Origin: Brevibacterium luteolum
Lineage (GTDB): Bacteria > Actinomycetota > Actinomycetes > Actinomycetales > Brevibacteriaceae
Direction of reading: 5' to 3'
Length of the DNA stretch: 64,000 nt
Assembly: GCF_013004595.1 (NCBI RefSeq)
Contig: NZ_JABEMC010000005.1
Span: 62,001-126,000, forward strand
Below the pieces are notes generated by a model, which was given only the letters and a program-made list of their open reading frames with translations, was not told where the DNA came from and ran no database searches. A program made the translations under genes and the position numbers. Positions 1 through 8,779 of this stretch are shown here, piece after piece. Position 1 is the stretch's first letter. Each line of letters begins with the position of its first letter.

Positions 1-564
1 GGCAGTGTCGAGGTGACGACGCAGGTGAGCCGGCATGGCAGCCGGGCGGCTGCGGTGCGTCGGGGAAGGTCCGGCATCGGGTGTGTTCGTCATCATCGCA
101 TCCAGGTGGTTGTCGGGGCGGCGGTCGCGCAGCGTCGCCGTCTGCGCGGCGGTGTGCAGCTGGGTCAGAGTGTGGGTCTCACCGGCGGCCAGCGGCAGCT
201 CGATGTACTCGGCCTCCGCAGTGTCGGCTTCGGCTTCTGCGGCGGTGTCCTCGGCTCCGCCGTCGATGACGGACAGGGCCGGGGCGGGGCGGCGCAGGCT
301 CAGCTGCGCAGGTTCGGTCACGACCTCGACACCGGGTGGCGGGGCGTAGCGGGAGGCGGGGGTGGAGGCGGCGAAGAGCTCCGGGCGGGCAGGCTCCTCA
401 GCACACGGCTCGGCAGCCGCCGGGCGCTGGCAGATCTCCGCGGTTTCGGGCACCTCGCTGAGCTCGCGCTGTGCCACTGCGCGGTCCGTTCGCCGCAGGA
501 TTGCCGGCAACGTGAACGCGAAGAGCACGACGAGTGCGATGAGAACCGTGATGCTTGCCTCCAC
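1..564 (-). CDS. Membrane-anchored low-complexity protein, putative GlpR/SepX-like divisome protein (5' part; runs off the window)
   Basis: Not in the ORF track. Translated by hand from GTG at 564: MEASITVLIALVVLFAFTLPAILRR followed by a Pro/Ala/Glu-rich region. TACAGT -10 lies 6 nt upstream. Position directly after rimJ matches the conserved actinobacterial galU-moeA-rimJ-glpR order. Confidence 0.55.
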   Translation of the reverse strand, partial: MEASITVLIALVVLFAFTLPAILRRTDRAVAQRELSEVPETAEICQRPAAAEPCAEEPARPELFAASTPASRYAPPPGVEVVTEPAQLSLRRPAPALSVIDGGAEDTAAEAEADTAEAEYIELPLAAGETHTLTQLHTAAQTATLRDRRPDNHLDAMMTNTPDAGPSPTHRSRPAAMPAHLRRHLDTA

Positions 565-631
565 ACCACAACTGTATGGCCGCAGCGACTGTCACGATCG
601 GATCACGGAGGGTGTGTCGAGAAACTGCTCT

Positions 632-1240
632 TCAGGTGCCCGGCTGGTGGTCGGAGCGGTTGCGCTGCCAGTAGTCGAGCAGGCCGAAGGGGACGTCCTC
701 GCGCAGCAGCGCGAAGCTCAGATGGTCAGCCCAGGCGCCGTCGATGTGCATATAGCGTTCGCGGCGTCCTTCATAGCGGAAGCCGAGCTTTTCGACCACG
801 CGCAGGCTGGCGGTGTTCTCCGGGCGGATGTTGATCTCCATCCGGTGCAGCCCAAGCGCGGTGAAGCAGTAATCGGTGGCCAGCGCCACGGCGGTCGGGG
901 TGTGGCCGCGGCCTGCGAGCTGCTCGTCGATCCAGTAGCCGAGCTGGGCGGTCATGAGCGAGCTCCACTGGAACCCGGAGACGGTGAGCTGGCCGTGCAG
1001 CCGGCCGCCGATGTCGATGACGAAGGGCAGCAACCGGCCGGTCTTCGCCTGCCGATTCAGCAGCCGGCGCAGGTGGTGGAAGTCGGCAGGTTCGCCGCCG
1101 CGCGGGTCGGTGGCCTCCCATGGGGTCAGCCAGGCGCGGTTGCGGGCGCGCACCTCGGCGTAGTCCTTGGCATCGCGGCGAGTGAGGGGGCGCAGCAGCA
1201 CCTCGCCCTCGCGCAGTTCAACCGGCCAGTAGGAGCTCAC
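632..1240 (-). CDS. rimJ: RimJ/RimL-family GNAT N-acetyltransferase
   Basis: LGYWID..GRG, LGLHRMEINIRPENTASLRVVEKLGF and HIDGAWADH motifs. Confidence 0.9.
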   Translation of the reverse strand: MSSYWPVELREGEVLLRPLTRRDAKDYAEVRARNRAWLTPWEATDPRGGEPADFHHLRRLLNRQAKTGRLLPFVIDIGGRLHGQLTVSGFQWSSLMTAQLGYWIDEQLAGRGHTPTAVALATDYCFTALGLHRMEINIRPENTASLRVVEKLGFRYEGRRERYMHIDGAWADHLSFALLREDVPFGLLDYWQRNRSDHQPGT

Positions 1241-1866
1241 GGACGCTGCGGATCGCTGTCAGGGGTGCGGTTGAGCGGGACGACCTTCGGGCGCAGGTCA
1301 TGGACGACGGCTCCGGTGCCGGTGTCATCGCCGCCTGCTTCCTCGTCGTCGTCGCTCAGTTCGTCGAGCACATCGAGGATGATCGCCCCGACCTCCTGGA
1401 TGGCCGCCTGCACGCCGGTGACGTCATCGGGCAGGGTGAGCACGAGGGTGTCGCCGATCCAGCCGCAGGCCGGGGACTCGAAAACCGACCGGGAGTACCC
1501 GGCATCGAGCTGGGCGCGGCGGATCGACTGGGCCAGTCCCGGCACCGAGTGGTCGAGCGCCTCACCGACATCGGTGGCGAGGTCCTCACCGAGGCCGACA
1601 CCGAGCCGGCCGACGATGACGACGAGCCGGGCCCGGGCATCAGGACCGCCGAGGCCGGCGAGCCGCTCGTGCAGCGCCTCGCCCACCTCGGCGGCGCTGG
1701 TCTTGACGTCGAAACCGTACTCATCGAGCATCGTCTCCGCCGCCTCGGCAGCGGCTGTCACCTTCCGGCCCGCCAAGGGGCGGGACCGGCCGGCAGCGAT
1801 GACGAGCGCGCCGTAGGTCTCGGCGGCCTGGGACCCGCCGGCAGCGCTGCCGAACAGTCCGGTCAT
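1237..1866 (-). CDS. MogA/MoaB-fold protein with degenerate motifs
   Basis: LVVIVGRLGVG...LDHSVPGLAQSIR...GDTLVLTLPDD aligns by eye to MogA/MoaB VVTTGGTG...LDREVPGIAEAIR...GRTLIVNLPGS. Overlaps the rimJ start by 4 bp. Confidence 0.65.
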   Translation of the reverse strand: MTGLFGSAAGGSQAAETYGALVIAAGRSRPLAGRKVTAAAEAAETMLDEYGFDVKTSAAEVGEALHERLAGLGGPDARARLVVIVGRLGVGLGEDLATDVGEALDHSVPGLAQSIRRAQLDAGYSRSVFESPACGWIGDTLVLTLPDDVTGVQAAIQEVGAIILDVLDELSDDDEEAGGDDTGTGAVVHDLRPKVVPLNRTPDSDPQRP

Positions 1867-1874
1867 CAGATCGC

Positions 1875-2780
1875 TCAGCTGTCGAGGCCGGCGACGTATT
1901 CGCGCAGCCAGCCGTTGAGTTCGTCTCCGAGGTCGTCGCGGCGCCCGGCGAGCGTGATGACGGCCTTGAGGTAGCTGATCTTGTCGCCGGTGTCGTAGCG
2001 GTCGCCGGAGAACACGACGCCGTAGACGCCGTTGGAGTCCGGGTCGGCGGCCAGGGTCTGCAGCGCGTCGGTCAGCTGGATCTCGTTGCCGCGTCCCGGC
2101 GGGGTGTTGCGCAGGACGGGGAAGATCTCCGGGGCCAGCACGTAGCGGCCGATGATCGCCAGGTTGCTCGGCGCCTCGGACGGGTCGGGCTTCTCGACCA
2201 GGCCGGTGATGCGCACCGCGCCGTCGATGTCGACCTCCTCGACGGCCGCGCAGCCGTAGAGGCCGACGTCTTCGTGCGGGACCTCCATGAGAGCGACGAC
2301 GCTGCCGCCGGTGGCCTGCTGGACCGCGATCATCGATTCGAGGATCGGGTTCGATTCGTCGATGAGGTCATCGCCGAGGAGCACGGCGAAGGGCTCGTTG
2401 CCGACGTGCAGTTCGCTCTTGAGCACCGCGTGGCCGAGGCCGAGCGGATCGCCCTGGCGGACGTAGTGGATGTCGGCCAGTTCCGAGGAGTGCTGGACGG
2501 CGGCGAGCTTCTTTGTATCGCCCTTCTTCTCCAGGGCGCGCTCGAGTCCGTCGACGCGGTCGAAGTGATCCTCCAGCGGGCGCTTGTTGCGCCCGGTGAT
2601 CATGAGAATGTCGTTGAGGCCGGCATGCACGGCCTCCTCGACGACGTACTGGATGGCCGGCTTGTCGACAACCGGCAGCATCTCCTTCGGGGTGGCCTTC
2701 GTCGCCGGCAGGAAGCGGGTGCCCAGCCCGGCCACGGGGATGACGGCCTTGGTCACAGCGGCGTTGCTATTCTCAGTCAT
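1875..2780 (-). CDS. galU: UTP-glucose-1-phosphate uridylyltransferase
   Basis: KAVIPVAGLGTRFLPATKATPKEMLPVVDKP, GLGHAV, VEKP. ATG at 2780 with TACACT 6 nt upstream. Confidence 0.97.
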   Translation of the reverse strand: MTENSNAAVTKAVIPVAGLGTRFLPATKATPKEMLPVVDKPAIQYVVEEAVHAGLNDILMITGRNKRPLEDHFDRVDGLERALEKKGDTKKLAAVQHSSELADIHYVRQGDPLGLGHAVLKSELHVGNEPFAVLLGDDLIDESNPILESMIAVQQATGGSVVALMEVPHEDVGLYGCAAVEEVDIDGAVRITGLVEKPDPSEAPSNLAIIGRYVLAPEIFPVLRNTPPGRGNEIQLTDALQTLAADPDSNGVYGVVFSGDRYDTGDKISYLKAVITLAGRRDDLGDELNGWLREYVAGLDS

Positions 2781-2810
2781 ATCCTCAGTGTACGCATAGG
2801 AGTGAGGGCA

Positions 2811-3446
2811 GTGACCGAGACCTCGAACGCGGCCGCCAAAGCCGAGCTGCGCAGCCGCATCCGCGCTGGTCGCCGCACCCGTGACGGGGCCGCTGCTGCC
2901 TTCGCCGAGGTGCTCGCCGGCTGCGTGCCGGATGAGGGTGCAGTCCTTGCCTATGCGGCCCTGCCGGGGGAGCCGAACCTCGATCTGCTCCTCGACGACC
3001 TGCATGCCCGTGGCCGGACGGTCTATCTGCCGGTCACCACCCCGGGTGAGCCGCTGCGCTTCGGCCGGCTGGAGACCGCGATGGAAAGCCTGCCCCGGGT
3101 CGGCACGTGGCAGATCCGCGAACCCCAACCGGTGCTCACCGCGCCCGAGGCGGTGGCCGGCACCGCTGATCACCCGCCGGTGGGTGTGGTGTTCGTGCCG
3201 GGTTTGGCCTACGGCCCCGCTGGTGCCCGGCTGGGCAACGGGGCCGGGTTCTACGATCGGACCTTCGGCCCGCAGGGACAGGCGCCCACTACCTCGGCGA
3301 CGGTCGACTTCATCGGCGTCTGCTACTCCGACGAAGTGCTGGGTGAAATCGGCCGCGAGGAGTGGGATCTTGCGGTCACGGCAATGGCGACCGAGACCGG
3401 TCTGCAGGCGGTGTCCGGAGGCGCCGGCGCGGGCGCATGCGAGTAG
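2811..3446 (+). CDS. 5-formyltetrahydrofolate cyclo-ligase
   Basis: KAELR, VFVPGLAY..GARLGNGAGFYDR, EEWDLAV; divergent from galU as is typical. Confidence 0.9.
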   Translation: MTETSNAAAKAELRSRIRAGRRTRDGAAAAFAEVLAGCVPDEGAVLAYAALPGEPNLDLLLDDLHARGRTVYLPVTTPGEPLRFGRLETAMESLPRVGTWQIREPQPVLTAPEAVAGTADHPPVGVVFVPGLAYGPAGARLGNGAGFYDRTFGPQGQAPTTSATVDFIGVCYSDEVLGEIGREEWDLAVTAMATETGLQAVSGGAGAGACE

Positions 3447-3490
3447 GGCTATACTTCTTGACGGATTTCCGCCCGCAAGAGAGGTCTGCT

Positions 3491-3862
3491 GTGCCCACCT
3501 ACGCCTACCGCTGCACCGAGTGCTCCAACGCCTTCGACATCCATCAGGCGTTCACCGATGATGCGCTCACCGAATGCCCGCAGTGCCACGGACGGCTGCG
3601 GAAGGTCTTCGGCTCGATCGGGGTGAGCTTCAAGGGCTCGGGCTTCTACCGCAACGACCACGGCGCGACTGCCGGCAGCGGGTCGGCCAGCAACGGCTCC
3701 GCCAACGGATCTGCGAGCGCGTCGGGTGGCGATTCCGGATCTTCATCGGCCTCGTCTTCTGACGCCTCAGCCTCCTCGTCGAGCAACTCGGACAGTGCCT
3801 CCTCTGCCAGCTCGTCGAGCAGCACTACCTCGTCGAAGACGGCAGCGACCTCCGCGTCATGA
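3491..3862 (+). CDS. FmdB-family zinc-ribbon protein with Ser-rich tail
   Basis: PTYAYRCTEC...CPQC...FKGSGFYRND. Confidence 0.92.
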   Translation: MPTYAYRCTECSNAFDIHQAFTDDALTECPQCHGRLRKVFGSIGVSFKGSGFYRNDHGATAGSGSASNGSANGSASASGGDSGSSSASSSDASASSSSNSDSASSASSSSSTTSSKTAATSAS

Positions 3863-4010
3863 CAGAAGGCCGGCGCACCGGTCCCGCTGGCATCTGGACT
3901 GGTCAGCCCCGCTGACACCCCCTGCTGCGGTTGTGGATGACAGGCACAACGCTGTCCACAGCTTCCGCTGAGCTACCCGTCTGAATGTGCCTGCCCGTCA
4001 GACTCAGCCC

Positions 4011-4724
4011 ATGGTCCTCTCGCTTCTCACACGTCCCACCCGACAGCCAGCCGGCACCCGCGAACCGCAGGCGAGCACCGCCTCGGCAGCGGTGCACACC
4101 CGCACGGCTCTGAGGCGCCGCCGGATCCTCGGGGCGGCCGCACTCGCGGTGGCGACGATGCTGGCGGTGTGGCTGCTCATCCCGCGCACCGGCGGGACGC
4201 ACGTGCTCGTGGCCAGCAGCCAGATCAGCGCCGGCAGCGAACTCTCGGCAGCCGATGTGTCCCTCGTGCGCTTCCCACCGAACCTCGTGCCCGCCGGTGC
4301 GCTGACCGAGACCGCCGCCGTCGTCGGGGCGACGGCGACATCTGAGGTGGCGGCCGGAGCTGTGCTGACCGAGCACGCACTCCTGACTCCGCGCGCTGAA
4401 CCACTGCCCGAGGGCATGGTCGCCCTGCCGGTGGAGGTCGGCGACGGCGCAGCGGCGCAGGTGCTGCGCCCCGGGCACCATGTGCGCGTCTTCGCTGCCG
4501 GCATCGGCAGCGACCCAGCCGGGGACGACGAGGACCCGCTGACCGGGCTGCAGCGCGGCCCAGCGGTCGTCGAGGACGCGGTCGTCGAGTCGATCCAGCA
4601 GGCAGACGCCGGCAGCTCCCCGCTTGACCGTTCAACCGTCGTGGTGCTGCGGGTGCACTCTGATGAGGCGGCCGCGCTGGCCGATATCGCCGGCAGCTCA
4701 CTGAGCTTCGCTGTGCTCAACTGA
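4011..4724 (+). CDS. SAF/RcpC-CpaB-like domain membrane protein
   Basis: N-terminal TM after RRRR, VLVASSQISAGSEL SAF motif, LRPGHHVRV; conserved fmdB-SAF-mscL order; start uncertain. Confidence 0.75.
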   Translation: MVLSLLTRPTRQPAGTREPQASTASAAVHTRTALRRRRILGAAALAVATMLAVWLLIPRTGGTHVLVASSQISAGSELSAADVSLVRFPPNLVPAGALTETAAVVGATATSEVAAGAVLTEHALLTPRAEPLPEGMVALPVEVGDGAAAQVLRPGHHVRVFAAGIGSDPAGDDEDPLTGLQRGPAVVEDAVVESIQQADAGSSPLDRSTVVVLRVHSDEAAALADIAGSSLSFAVLN

Positions 4725-4769
4725 CCCGACCGTGCTCACTTGGCCCGGCCGTGCTCACCCGACCCGCTG
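4713..4769 (+). repeat. Three degenerate 19-bp tandem repeats
   Basis: GTGCTCAACTGACCCGACC / GTGCTCACTTGGCCCGGCC / GTGCTCACCCGACCCGCTG. Confidence 0.7.
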
Positions 4770-4904
4770 GTCACGACTCTGCTCTGATGACGGGCCTGCA
4801 ACCCGCAGCTCATATGAGCTCACCGGCTATGATCGGAACGTACACAGGGCAGCCGGTGATCGCGTGCGTGCGCGCAGGCTGCCAGGTCTGGAAAGGACAT
4901 GACT

Positions 4905-5405
4905 ATGCTCAAAGGCTTCAGAGACTTCATTCTGCGCGGAAACGTCATCGAACTGGCGACCGCAGTCATCATCGGCGGTGCCTTCACTGCCATCGTCACC
5001 GCGATCTCCGACAAGATCATCAACCCGCTCATCGCCGCCATCGGTTCGCCGGAGTCCCCGGCCCTGTCGTTCTACCTGCGTGACGGCGTGGAGGCGACGA
5101 AGGTCGACATCGGAGCGGTCATCACCGCCTGCATCAACTTCCTCATCGTCGCTGCTGTGGTGTACTTCGTCATCATCATGCCGATGAACAAGATCAACGA
5201 GCTGCGCAAGCGCGGCGCCCCGGAAGACGAAGTTCCGCCGTCGAGCGAGGAGCTGCTCGCCGAGATCCGCGACCTCATCGCCCAGGGACGGCAGAACGCC
5301 GTGCCGGACCAGCGCTTCGCCGAAGGCGCCTCCGGCACCCCCGGCGTGCCCGGCGGAGCCCAGGACATGCCGAACTCCGCAGGCGACGGAAACCCGCGCC
5401 ACTGA
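4905..5405 (+). CDS. mscL: Large-conductance mechanosensitive channel
   Basis: MLKGFRDFILRGNVIELATAVIIGGAF...INFLIVAAVVYF...LLAEIRDLI. Confidence 0.97.
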   Translation: MLKGFRDFILRGNVIELATAVIIGGAFTAIVTAISDKIINPLIAAIGSPESPALSFYLRDGVEATKVDIGAVITACINFLIVAAVVYFVIIMPMNKINELRKRGAPEDEVPPSSEELLAEIRDLIAQGRQNAVPDQRFAEGASGTPGVPGGAQDMPNSAGDGNPRH

Positions 5406-5441
5406 CATGCCACTGAGCACACGCCTCGGCGTGTGACCGAC

Positions 5442-5482
5442 CGAAGGGCCGGGAGGATCACCGCAATCCTCCCGGCCCTTTC
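5442..5482 (+). terminator. Hairpin terminator after mscL
   Basis: AAGGGCCGGGAGGAT...ATCCTCCCGGCCCTT inverted repeat. Confidence 0.7.
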
Positions 5483-5550
5483 GCATGTCGCCACCAGCCG
5501 CTGCCATGCTCGGCTGTCATCGTCGGGTGCGCCCGACTACTCTTGACGCC

Positions 5551-6369
5551 ATGACCGACGAGCAGCACCGGCTCCCCCACCACCGCCGTGCACCCGAGAC
5601 CGAGGCACCGGCTGCGGACCCGCAGAACCGCGCTGAGGCACCCCCAGCCCAGCCGCAGTCATTCAAGGACCTCGCCCCGTGGGAAGGCGAGGCCACGATC
5701 GTCGACAAGCTCCTGCTCGTTGCCGTGTTCGGTGTGCCGCTGTTCTACCTCGCACTGCTGCCCTTCCGCCCGCAGCTCATCGCCAACCACCCGGTGCTGC
5801 TGGAATTCCTCACCGGCGCGAAATCCGCGATCGTCGGCGCCGGCGCCTACGCCGGGATCGGCGAGTTGTCCCTGACCCTCGTGTTCATTGCCGGCCTGAT
5901 CGGCATGGCCAAGTTCGACTGGATGTTCTGGCTGGCCGGCCGCCGCTGGGGTGACGGCGCGGTTAACCTCTTCGCCCAGTCCGAACGCCAGCGCAAGCGG
6001 TTCAGCAAGCTGAAGAACCTGCCGGCCTGGCTGCTGTTCATCTTCGTCTTCATCTCCCGGGTGCCCGGCATCCCCGGCACCATCGTGTGGCTGGTCGCTG
6101 GGTACTCCCGGATGTCGCTGCCGCTGTTCCTCACCGCCCAGATCTCCGGCGCAGCAGCCATGACCGCGGTCTGGACTGCCCTGGGCTACAACCTCGGGCA
6201 GGCCGCCGTCGACATCATCCAGGTCATCGACCGCTACGCGATGTGGATCTCGCTGGCGATCATCGTCGGCATCGTCGTGTGGTCGACAGCCAAGAGCGTG
6301 CACACCGAATCCAAGCGCGCCAAAGCAGCCGGTGACACGGAGGACTCCACAGCTGAGAATCAGCGCTGA
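5551..6369 (+). CDS. DedA-family membrane protein
   Basis: D-WMFWLAGRRWG, SRVPG, AGYSRMSLPLF, LGYNLG DedA-type pattern. Confidence 0.8.
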   Translation: MTDEQHRLPHHRRAPETEAPAADPQNRAEAPPAQPQSFKDLAPWEGEATIVDKLLLVAVFGVPLFYLALLPFRPQLIANHPVLLEFLTGAKSAIVGAGAYAGIGELSLTLVFIAGLIGMAKFDWMFWLAGRRWGDGAVNLFAQSERQRKRFSKLKNLPAWLLFIFVFISRVPGIPGTIVWLVAGYSRMSLPLFLTAQISGAAAMTAVWTALGYNLGQAAVDIIQVIDRYAMWISLAIIVGIVVWSTAKSVHTESKRAKAAGDTEDSTAENQR

Positions 6370-6504
6370 GTCCGGCCGATCTCCTTTCGCCGGTGAGCCC
6401 CCGGCAGTAACCTGAACGGGCGTGGCGGGCCACGCCCGGTTCGGCCAGGTGCTCGCCGGCCGGATGGACGCCCCCGTCGGCCGGCCGCCACTAGACTGGC
6501 CGGC

Positions 6505-7494
6505 ATGTCGATCGTTCCCACGCGTGACGAGATCACCGCCGCGCATTCGCTCATCAGCAGCCATATCCGCCGCACCCCGCTGCTCGACATCACCCTGCCC
6601 GACGGCACGCCGGTGACGCTCAAGCTCGAGCTCTTCCAGCACACCGGCAGCTTCAAACCCCGCGGCGCCTTCACCGGTGCGCTCACCGCCGCCGAGGCGC
6701 CGAAGAGCCTCGTAGCCGCCTCCGGTGGCAATCACGGCCTGGCCGTCGCACATGTCGCCTCCGTACTCGGCATCCCGGCCCGCATCTTCGTCCCCTCAAC
6801 CGCCCCAGAGGCGAAGGTCTCCCGACTTCGAGCAATGGGTGCTGAGGTCACCGTCACCGGTGAGGTCTATGCCGATGCGTTCGCCGCCAGCCAGGAGGCC
6901 GCCGCCCAGCCCGGCGCGCGGGCCCTGCACGCCTACGACTCCCCTGCCACCGTCACCGGCCAGGGCACCCTCGGGCTGGAACTCGACGCACAGCTGCGCA
7001 GCCGCACCAAGGACCAGACAGGCACCGCAGAACGGACCGGCCCCGGCGCCGAGGCGGAGGTCCCGACGGTCCTTGTGGCCACCGGCGGTGGTGGCCTCGT
7101 CGGCGGGATCGCCGCCTGGTTCGGATCCGATGCCAACGTCGTGCCGGTCGAACCGGAGACGTGTGCGGCCCTGCACACCGCGCTGGAGAACGGCGAGCGC
7201 ACACCGATCAGCCCCAGCGGCGTGGCAGCCGATTCGCTTGGGGCCAGCACGATCGGCGAGATCTGCTTCGCTGTCGCCTGCCAGAACGCATTGGCACCGG
7301 TGCTCGTCACCGACGCAGCGATCGGGGAGGCGCGCACGTGGCTGTGGCGCCAGACCCGCATCGCCGCCGAACCCGGCGGGGCGACAGCTCTGGCTGCGCT
7401 GCTCTCGGGTGCCTACCGGCCGACCCCCGGCGAGCAGGTCACCGTGGTCGTCTGCGGCGCGAACGCTGACCCGTCTGATCTGCCCCTAGACTGA
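6505..7494 (+). CDS. PLP-dependent threonine/serine dehydratase family
   Basis: KLELFQHTGSFKPRG, ASGGNHG, GGGGL, AEPGGA, CGAN. Confidence 0.92.
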   Translation: MSIVPTRDEITAAHSLISSHIRRTPLLDITLPDGTPVTLKLELFQHTGSFKPRGAFTGALTAAEAPKSLVAASGGNHGLAVAHVASVLGIPARIFVPSTAPEAKVSRLRAMGAEVTVTGEVYADAFAASQEAAAQPGARALHAYDSPATVTGQGTLGLELDAQLRSRTKDQTGTAERTGPGAEAEVPTVLVATGGGGLVGGIAAWFGSDANVVPVEPETCAALHTALENGERTPISPSGVAADSLGASTIGEICFAVACQNALAPVLVTDAAIGEARTWLWRQTRIAAEPGGATALAALLSGAYRPTPGEQVTVVVCGANADPSDLPLD

Positions 7495-7498
7495 GGCA

Positions 7499-8779
7499 GT
7501 GGCTCTCAAGGATCTACTGGCCGATACCCGGCCGCTGCGCACGCCGACGTTCCGGCGGCTGTGGTCGGCGAACATCGTCACCGTCATCGGTGCACAGGTC
7601 ACGATCGTCGCCATCCCCGCCCAGCTGTATGCCCTGACCGGGCAGTCGAGCTATGTCGGCTTGGCTGGACTGTTCGGGCTCGTCCCGCTGGTGATCTTCG
7701 GTCTCTACGGCGGTGCGCTGGCTGATGTCATGGACCGGCGCATCCTCATGCTCGGCTCCGGCTGCGGCCTCGTCGCAGCCAGCTTCGGGCTCTTCCTGCT
7801 CTCGGCTCTCGGGTCGACGAATGTGTGGCTGCTGCTGAGCGTCTATGCGATCCAGCAGATGTTCTTCGCACTCAACCAGCCGGCCCGCAGCGCGATCCTG
7901 CCGGCGATCCTGCCCGGTGGCCAGCTGCCGGCAGCCAATGCGCTGAATATGACGCTCATGACCTTCGGCGCAGTCGTCGGCCCGCTGGTCGGCGGGATGC
8001 TCATCCCGGTCATCGGCTTCTCCTTCCTCTACCTCTTCGACGCACTGGCGCTGCTCGTGTCCGTGTGGGCGATCTGGCGGCTGCCGTCCCTGCCGCCGCA
8101 GCGCGCAGGCGAGGCGGCAGGCCCGGGCAGGCGCCGTGCGGGCGTGCGCAGCGTCGTCGACGGCTTCGCCTATCTCATCACCGCCCCGGTGCTGCTCATG
8201 AGCTTTGTCGTCGACATCATCGCGATGGTCTTCGGCATGCCCCGGGCGCTGTTCCCGCAGATCGCTCACGAGACGTTCGGCGGCCCCGGCTCCGGCGGGT
8301 TCGTCTTCGCTCTGCTCTCCGCCGCGATCCCCTTCGGTGCGCTGCTCGGCGGGATCTTCTCCGGTTGGGTCTCACGGGTCAACCGGCAGGGCCGGGCGGT
8401 CGTCATCTGCATCCTCGTATGGGGTGCGGCGATGACCGGGCTCGGATTGGTCCTGCCAGCGGCCGGAAACTGGTGGATGTTCGCCCTCATCGGCGCCGTC
8501 TTATTCCTGGCCATCGGCGGCGTCGCCGATGTCGTCTCAGCCGCCTTCCGCATGACGATCCTCCAGCAGGCCGCCGACGATGCGGTCCGCGGACGACTGC
8601 AAGGCGTCTTCATCGTCGTGGTCGCCGGTGGCCCGCGCATCGCTGATGTGCTGCACGGCTATGTCGCCACCGGTATCGGCACCACCTGGGCGACTGCTGG
8701 TGGTGGTGTGCTCGTCATCATTGGTGTGCTCATCGCTGCGGCAGCCGCCCCGAGCTTCATGCGCTACCGCGTCCGCTAG
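7499..8779 (+). CDS. MFS transporter (EntS/Tet(V)-like)
   Basis: About 12 hydrophobic segments, GGALADVMDRR, RGRLQG. Confidence 0.9.
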   Translation: MALKDLLADTRPLRTPTFRRLWSANIVTVIGAQVTIVAIPAQLYALTGQSSYVGLAGLFGLVPLVIFGLYGGALADVMDRRILMLGSGCGLVAASFGLFLLSALGSTNVWLLLSVYAIQQMFFALNQPARSAILPAILPGGQLPAANALNMTLMTFGAVVGPLVGGMLIPVIGFSFLYLFDALALLVSVWAIWRLPSLPPQRAGEAAGPGRRRAGVRSVVDGFAYLITAPVLLMSFVVDIIAMVFGMPRALFPQIAHETFGGPGSGGFVFALLSAAIPFGALLGGIFSGWVSRVNRQGRAVVICILVWGAAMTGLGLVLPAAGNWWMFALIGAVLFLAIGGVADVVSAAFRMTILQQAADDAVRGRLQGVFIVVVAGGPRIADVLHGYVATGIGTTWATAGGGVLVIIGVLIAAAAAPSFMRYRVR

